Of a stretch of 64,000 nucleotides of DNA, positions 56,654-64,000 are shown piece after piece. A program made the translations under genes and the position numbers. The DNA lies in the NCBI RefSeq assembly GCF_009914755.1, contig NC_060932.1; one strand, given 5' to 3'. The stretch's first letter is position 1, and each line of letters begins with the position of its first letter. The stretch is from the human T2T-CHM13v2.0 reference genome, Homo sapiens. The notes beneath the pieces were generated by a model that worked only from the letters and a program-made list of their open reading frames with translations, was not told where the DNA came from and ran no database searches.

Positions 56654-59600
56654 AGTGGCCCTTTTCTAAATCCTATGGTTAGTCAATCCTTGGTGTCTAT
56701 AGCAATGTGACCTCCTGAACCAAAACTTGCCTTCCCAGGGCACAGAAAAGGAACAAGTCTTTTAAGTCCAATAGGTGACCATTATCAGGAAGTAAGAACT
56801 TGACCACCTGCTTTTCTTGAAGTCAGTGCCAACTAGAAACTGGAGCTTGACCAAAGCCAGTTCATTTCTGCTGAGCTGCAATCAGAATTAAATGCTTGAC
56901 AGGCCATATTAATGGTTGCAGTAATCCATTTTCATGGTGGCAAGGCCTGAATGGGAAATCCTACCAAGCCAACAAAGCCTTCTTTGGAAATGAGATGACC
57001 AGCAGTCCTCAGCAGGGTTCAGTCTTGCAACTTGGTGTTTCAGCTCATGGTTACAAAGTTAACAAATAACTTAATAGATTATTTAAAAAGAGTAAAAGAA
57101 GTTAACCAGTGTGTAAAATTTACAAGCTGGGCCCTGATGCCCCGCTTGTGCATTAAAACACCCTAGCTGTATGCGATTTATGCTGCATGGGTATGTGGAG
57201 GCCTTAACTTCTCAGTTTCTGAAACCCAAGTTTATATTACATGGTCTGTCAGAAGAGGGATGGCACTGCCATAGGTATGGGAGTGATCCCTCAGTTCTTA
57301 TCTTAGTAGAGCAGTCACAAAGCAAGAATACCCCTTTGACTGAAACCAGGATGTTTCTGCTCCTGGGGCAACCTTAGTCACTGGTTCCCCTTTTTGGTTA
57401 GATTATTTTTTCAGAAGTAAAGAAACACTGACTTTTGGTCAGAATTGAAATGTGAAGCAAGTTACATGAATATATTTTTGCCAGATCAAGCTTGTCCCTG
57501 AGGATCAAGGACAGGGAGGAAAATGAGAAAGAATATTTCTAAGGACAGTGGACATGCTGAGTTTGTATTTTCAAACGAAGGAAATACATTTGGGCTTGGA
57601 TTTGTTCTCATTTTTAAAGTAGTTGTTTATGCTTGTAATTTAAATGCCAAAATGTATAAATACATAAAATGAAGGTTATCTATAATTCTACCTTCCTCTC
57701 CACTATTAACATATAGATAATTTGGTATGTATTCCTTTGATACCTTTTTTTTTTCCCTTGAGCATGTACTAACTTATAAAAACCCTAAGAGAATTAAAGT
57801 GGGAATATGGGCAGTTCCTGCTGTTTGCTTTTTCCCTTAATAATTGTGAACCTTGTTCTTTGTCAGTAGATCTGGATATCTACTTACTCAGCTTTTTAAA
57901 TATACAGGTTAATGAGTTTGGGCTTTTCTTTCCCCAAAAAACTTCAAGTATGAATTTGCATTTGTTGAAATTGGACGTATGTATTTGTAAGTATGTTTTA
58001 ATTATCATAAATTAAAATGTGGATAATTTTCCTGGTAACCATATATTGATCACTATTCTGGTCTATATGGTCCTGAATTTTTTTTGCACTTTCTCTTTTT
58101 GGGTCTGTCTCCATTTCAGTCTATCTCTTACATTTTTCTCCTTGATTCAGATTGGTTTTTATCCTACTTCCCTTTCCTCCCTTCTAAATTTCTTTATAAT
58201 ACTAATCTCTCCTGACAAACACATATAGGTGTTTGTCAGTTGATGTTGTGTAACTCTATTGATAAATTGTGACTGGGAAATGCCATCTTATTTTGCTTGC
58301 CATGTCACCAGCTGAACTGTTTACAAGCAAATATGTATATCTCCATGGATACAGGATTATGTAAATCCTTGGATTTGCATATGTTTCTAAGTCAGTCGAG
58401 ATATTTATAGAACATACACTCTGTGCCTAGGACTGTGTTATACACTACAAAAAACAGCCTTCAAACTCTAAAATGCCCATAGAAAGGTTTCATCTGTGAA
58501 TCCACTGTGTGTTTCAAGAATGGTTTCTCCAAAACAATGATTCAAACATACAGCACATTTAAAAGCTGCTTTGAGGTCTTCATTTATATCTATAAGAATA
58601 TGGGTAGATAGAGAGAGAGATGAATGTAGCCATTAACACCATGGGTTTACTCAAGAGTGTTTCAAATAAGTAACTATACACAGTCATTCCTGAGTCATTA
58701 GAAGATAGTTATCCTTCCCAGTTCCATGAATTTAAGAGGAACCTCAAGAGCCCAGCTCAGAGCAGCTAGATAGATGACCTTAAAACTTTTATGAAAAACT
58801 AGAACATGCAGAGAAAATGCTCATAGTCTTTGGATACTATGTGTTTACCAGATGTGACTGCTAGTTGAAAAGTGTCTGTGATTATTCTCTGTTGTGTACT
58901 GAAGTCGAGCATTTTTCTATTGCTTTTTATTTTCATGCCTAGATTACCAACAAGATTAGATATGCTCTTTATTAAAGAGAGGGCCATTTCAAGGCCTGCT
59001 TTTGGCCTTTCTCTCCAGGGAAGCTCAAGACTGCCACAAATGGCTTTACTTACTGAATCGGAGTTTATTAAATGAGAAGACAGTCAATAAAATGTGTCTT
59101 GCCTTTCCTAGTGGGAGCTGGCAATGCCATTTAAGAACACGTGGCCAGTTTATCCAAAATCTAACTGTAGCCTCTGCAGGAATGCTGGATAATGGCTAAG
59201 CCAAGAACACTCTTGCTCTTCTGCCCAGCACAGGATGATTTTTACTAGCATTTATTCTTTCAGTCCTGTTGGGGTAAAAAGGAAGTTGAAGGTACATCTA
59301 CAAATCTTTTTGAGTCTCTTTGGGACAAAGCTGTCAGCAGTTTCATCTCTTGAACTTCTATGAGGCATGTTGTGTACTTGTCTAAGAAATATGTTTCCCC
59401 ATGTGTTCCATAAAGTAAACATCTGCGGATGCTAAAGGCATAGTGCCAGGCACATCTGTGTCCATAGACATTGCTGGTAAACTAAGGGCTGCTCTGGATA
59501 ATGCTTTGACCTGCTGCAAAGTTCAGTTGGCGTAGTAATTCATTTGTTATTTTTGGGGAACGGTTTTGTTAATGAGTATTTCATCATAAATTTACATGCT

Positions 59601-59861
59601 GCTTATGCTTGTATCTTACTCTTGGGGTTTTTTTAGTTACTTTGTGAATGAGCTAAGCTTTCTGTTATCACAGGCAGCCATTACATATTCAGTTTATTTC
59701 ACTGACAGTAAGCTCCCTGAAGGCAAGGATCATGTCTATGAATTCAGTAGGCTTAGCAAAGCCAAAACTCTGAAGTGCCCTCCCTTTAGTGGCTCAGATG
59801 AAAAGTATGATGGTAATAAGAGTAGAGAAACTAAAATGTTTTAAAATATTTCTGTGATTCT

Positions 59862-60154
<293 letters not shown>

Positions 60155-61374
60155 ATCTGTGATTCTAGATCCCAGTCACCATAGAAAAGCATGAATTTGA
60201 TATTCAGAAAGCTATTTTTTCCATTCATTATTCGTGATTTTTTAAAACTTGCTTGATGACTTTCCTAGTCTGAGGAGGTCTCTAGGACTCCAAGCACATT
60301 ATGTTTCCGGATTTAAGTGACCTCTAGTTGGAATCAAATACATAATGTAAGTATTCAAAAATTATTTCCCCCTTGTCAATCTATTCTACTAGAGGAAAGA
60401 ATATCTCAGTGAGTGAGATGAGATATTCTGGTAGATTTCTGAAACAATAGTGGACTTCATGAGATTCTAGGTAACCTAAGTCTCGTCCATGTTTAAATAA
60501 AATGCCAAACATCTGATCTGCCTCCAGTTTGATGAACAAAGCAGAGTTGCTTTGAGCCTCTTGGCATCTATGGGTGAGTGGCAAACTTAGGCCTGACGGG
60601 AGCTCAGATTTTCTTTTTCCCCATGTATGACAATTTTCTATTGAAACACTAAGATAAGAATCTCTTCGCTTTCCATTATGGAATATTTACATAAGAAAGA
60701 ATTTCCTCCATAAACTTTATAATATAATATTGATACAAATATTGACTTTGTTTCTAGTCCCTTAAAGAAAGGGAGGTAATAAATTGAGGTAATTCTCAAC
60801 CTAATAAAATAAACTTACAGTATTTAATGCATATTTATTTTAGAAAGATGGAAAATACAAATAAGCTAATAAACATTAAAATCAGTTACTATACCATTGA
60901 GGCTAAACGATAGAAACATTTGAGTACACATACTATAAGATAAATTTTTTTCCTCTAAATACTTATATGTTGGCTACTTTATAGAACAAAGTGGAACTAT
61001 ATATACTTTTTCCTTGAACGTCATTTTTATTGGCTGTGTAATATTTCATTGTATGATACAGATGAACCTTAGTTTATATTAAGTAACCTTTTGTTCATAA
61101 TCCCCAGATTTCAAGTAACCTCTGTTGGTAAATTGACATTTATGAAGCCCTTTTCTCTATAACAATATTATAAATAATAGTTTATTTTCTAGGTTAACTC
61201 CTCAAATTCTAATTCATATTTATCACATGGTAAGATGCACCACTAGATAAATGGCACCATGACACTTAGAACGTAAGTTCTGCTTATCGTATCATTTTTG
61301 TGGAAATCTCTGTAATCCAGTTAGAACCTGGCACAGTGTCAGAGAGAAAACAGGCACTTCCCAAAATCTGAATA

Positions 61375-61560
61375 AATGGAAGATGGTATTCTCGCTCTGC
61401 CCAGGTTGTCCTGACCAGAACAGCCAAGTGGAATAGATGGTGTTCACTTTCTGGACTATGGGAGGAGAGTTGCGGGTGACAGGGAGGGCACACTGGATTA
61501 GCAGGATTTCCTCACTGTTTGTATCTTTGACACTTGTCAGCAATTCTGCCTCAGCGAACT
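61375..61560 (+). pseudogene. Fossil Tudor domain
   Basis: NGRWYSRSAQVV (61375-61410), a +1 frameshift, then PEQPSGIDGVHFLDYGRRV...*QDFLT...FCLSEL. This fits the Tudor consensus GxWYRAxV...VxFxDYG...F..(C)xL. Confidence 0.62.
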
Positions 61561-61624
61561 TCATAAAGACCACCAGGAACTTGTTTATCTGGTGGCAAAG
61601 TTGGGGGTAGTGGAAATGAGGATG

Positions 61625-62360
61625 CAAAAGATACAGAACACTTGAACAACAAACTTGATGTAATTGATACTTATAGATCATTCCACCCAGCCCCAGCAGA
61701 ATACACATTTGTTTTAAGTGCACACAGAACATTTACCATGTTCTGAAACATAAGACAAGGAATTGATGGGCATTAAAAAAAGCATATACCTTTCATATAT
61801 AGGCATTCCACTTCTAGGTGTTTATCCAAAAAGAAAGAAAGTATACATCCATACAAAGATTTGTACATGAATGTTCATAGCCATTTTATTTGTAATAGCC
61901 AAAACTAGAATAACCTAAATGTCAACATGTGAATGGATAAACTGTGGTGTATCCACACTACAGAATACTTCTCAGTAATAAAAAGGAATAGACTGTTGAT
62001 ACATTCAACAACATAGATGAATCTCAAAGTAAATTTCACTTCATGCTAAGGGAAAGAAGCCAGATGAAAAGGGTACATACTCTGTGGTTCCCTCTGTATA
62101 TGTAAGTGTTTGAGACATATATACTAATATAAAGAGATCAGAGCAGTGATTGCCTGGGGATGGAGAATGGTGGGACAGAGTGGGAGGAAGGATTAAAGGG
62201 GCATGAATAAACTTTTGGTGGTGATAGATTGTCTTGGTTGTGATGGTGGTGATAGATTGTCTTGGTTGTGATGTTTCTTAGGTTATACATATGTCAAAAC
62301 ATCACATATTTCAAGATGTGTAGTTTATTATATATCAATCATAACCTCAATAAGGCTGTT
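61625..62360 (+). mobile_element. L1M fragments (endonuclease piece and 3' end)
   Basis: cttgatgtaattgatacttatagatcattccaccc...gcagaatacacatt; gaatgttcatagcc...aatagccaaaac. Confidence 0.85.
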
Positions 62361-62555
62361 TATAAATATATCATAAAATAAGGCATTCAGAATTCTGGGG
62401 CTATTTACATCATTATAGTGTTTATCAAACATACTTACATGCAAATGGCATGACATTTTACTGTGTACTGTGCTGGGTCAATAAAAGGGCCTTGCTTGGT
62501 GATTCGCACTTCTGTGTAACAGGAAACAGTGAAAAGTGTTAGGAATCTAGAAAAA

Positions 62556-62700
62556 GCCAGGCGAGGTGGCTCATGCCTGTAATCCCAGCACTGTGGGAGG
62601 CCGAGATGGGAGGATCTCTTGAGCTCAGGAGTTTGAGATCAGCCTGGGCAACATGGTGAAACCCCATCTTTACAAAAAATTAGCCAGACATGGTAGCAGA
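62556..62700 (+). mobile_element. Alu left-arm fragment
   Basis: Alu consensus. Confidence 0.9.
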
Positions 62701-62859
62701 CTGTCTGTCTGTCTAATATTCTCCCCATCTTTCACTGAGGAAAAATCTTTCATGTATATATTCATGGTTAACAATTGAACAATTGAGCATCGAATTTTCA
62801 ATCATGTTGCATCTGTGTTTGAGTAGAGAAAAACAAATAGAAAATATGATGATAATTCA

Positions 62860-63270
62860 GTAGCTACTCCTTGCCTATTGAATCAAGATCAAATTCCTGA
62901 GCCAGTGGCTTTTGATGTTTTGTGTGTTTGACCCTAAGCTTCTTGTTTAGTTTTGGCTTGCCCTTCCCCAAGAATGTTTTCTTCTTCTCCTACTTCACTG
63001 CCTTGGTGAATCCTTTTCTCTGCCTGTGATTCTTAGGGATCCCACCTCATCTTTTGGCTCTATTTGGTAAATGCCCATCCTTTCGATTCTTACTCAGATG
63101 CTTTCTCTGGTGTTTCCCCTGTGTTCTGTGTTTTAGTAGACACTAAGCACATAGTGTGTACCCTACACTTTGCACTATATGTATTTACATATGTGTCTTG
63201 AATGACTTTTATTAGTGGCACCGTAGCCAGGTACCTTGTACATGGTGGCCTATGTGTTGATTGTGCCTTA
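62860..63270 (+). mobile_element. L2 3' remnant
   Basis: aatcaagatcaaattcctgagcc...ccttccccaagaatg... Confidence 0.55.
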
Positions 63271-63274
63271 AACA

Positions 63275-63875
63275 CAGTGGGTGGAAGACAGTATGGCGAT
63301 TCCTCAAAGATCTAGAAGCAGAACTACCATTTGACCCAGCAATCCCATTACTGGATATATACCCAAAGGAATATACGTCATTCTGTTAGGAAGATACATG
63401 CACGTGTATGTTCATTGCAGCACTATTCACAATAGCAAAATCATGGAATCAACCCAAATGTCCATCAATGATAGACTAAATAAAGAAAATGTGGTACATA
63501 TACACCATGGAATACTATGCAGCCACAAAAAGGAACAAGGTCATGTCCTTTGCAGGGACATGGGTGGAACTATAAGTCATCCTCAGCAAACTAACACAGG
63601 AACAGAAAACCAGACACCACATGTTCTCACAAGTGGGAGCTGAAGGATGAGGGCACAGGGACACATGATGGGGAATAACACACATTGGGCTTGTCGGGGG
63701 CTTGAGGGGAGGAAGAGCATCAGGAAGAATAGCTAATGGTTGCTGGGCTTAATACCCAGGTGATAGGTTGATCTGTGCAGCAAACCACCATGGTATGTGT
63801 TTACCTTTGTAACCTGTACATCCTGCACATGTACCCCAGTACTTAAAATTTAAAAAACAACAACAACAACAAAAA
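63275..63875 (+). mobile_element. L1PA/L1PB 3' end with poly-A
   Basis: ccatttgacccagcaatcccattactgg...catgttctcac...gcaaaccaccatgg...(CAA)n tail. Confidence 0.93.
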
Positions 63876-64000
63876 TGCAATGGGAACAATAGTCAGTGAG
63901 GTTGGCCCTGCTGTTTTGGAACCGAACAGATGAAGAGTTAATGCATTTTGGTTACTATTTAGGTGCATTGGGCTTAACTTTACTTTTACATTTATTAAAG

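Noticed and set aside
59419-59535. Protein-like peptide TSADAKGIVPGTSVSIDIAGKLRAALDNALTCCKVQLA
   Set aside because: I could not place it in the HELZ2-like motif order; it is short and may be chance.
61292-61732. 146-aa minus-strand ORF as a real exon
   Set aside because: It starts in L1 sequence and is the codon-aligned antisense of the + strand Tudor-like remnant.

Overview
Primate (human-like) genomic DNA, very Alu-dense, with MIR, L2, L3/CR1, L1, MLT1, Tigger/MER2 and MER5 relics and one small CpG-island promoter at ~32.3-32.7 kb. I found no intact protein-coding gene; most long ORFs in the track are Alu or low-complexity artefacts. The main result is that the non-repeat DNA downstream of the promoter (~35.8-61.6 kb, + strand) appears to hold a heavily decayed, intron-containing fossil of a HELZ2-like gene. 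The motif remnants are colinear: N-terminal region, first UPF1-like (SF1B) helicase, cold-shock/RNB (RNase II/R) exoribonuclease, second UPF1-like helicase, and then a Tudor-like domain that HELZ2 is not known to have. The matches were made by eye against protein sequences recalled from memory and need tblastn/HMM confirmation. I cannot name the locus. Repeat coordinates are approximate (about +/-20 bp) unless TSDs are given.
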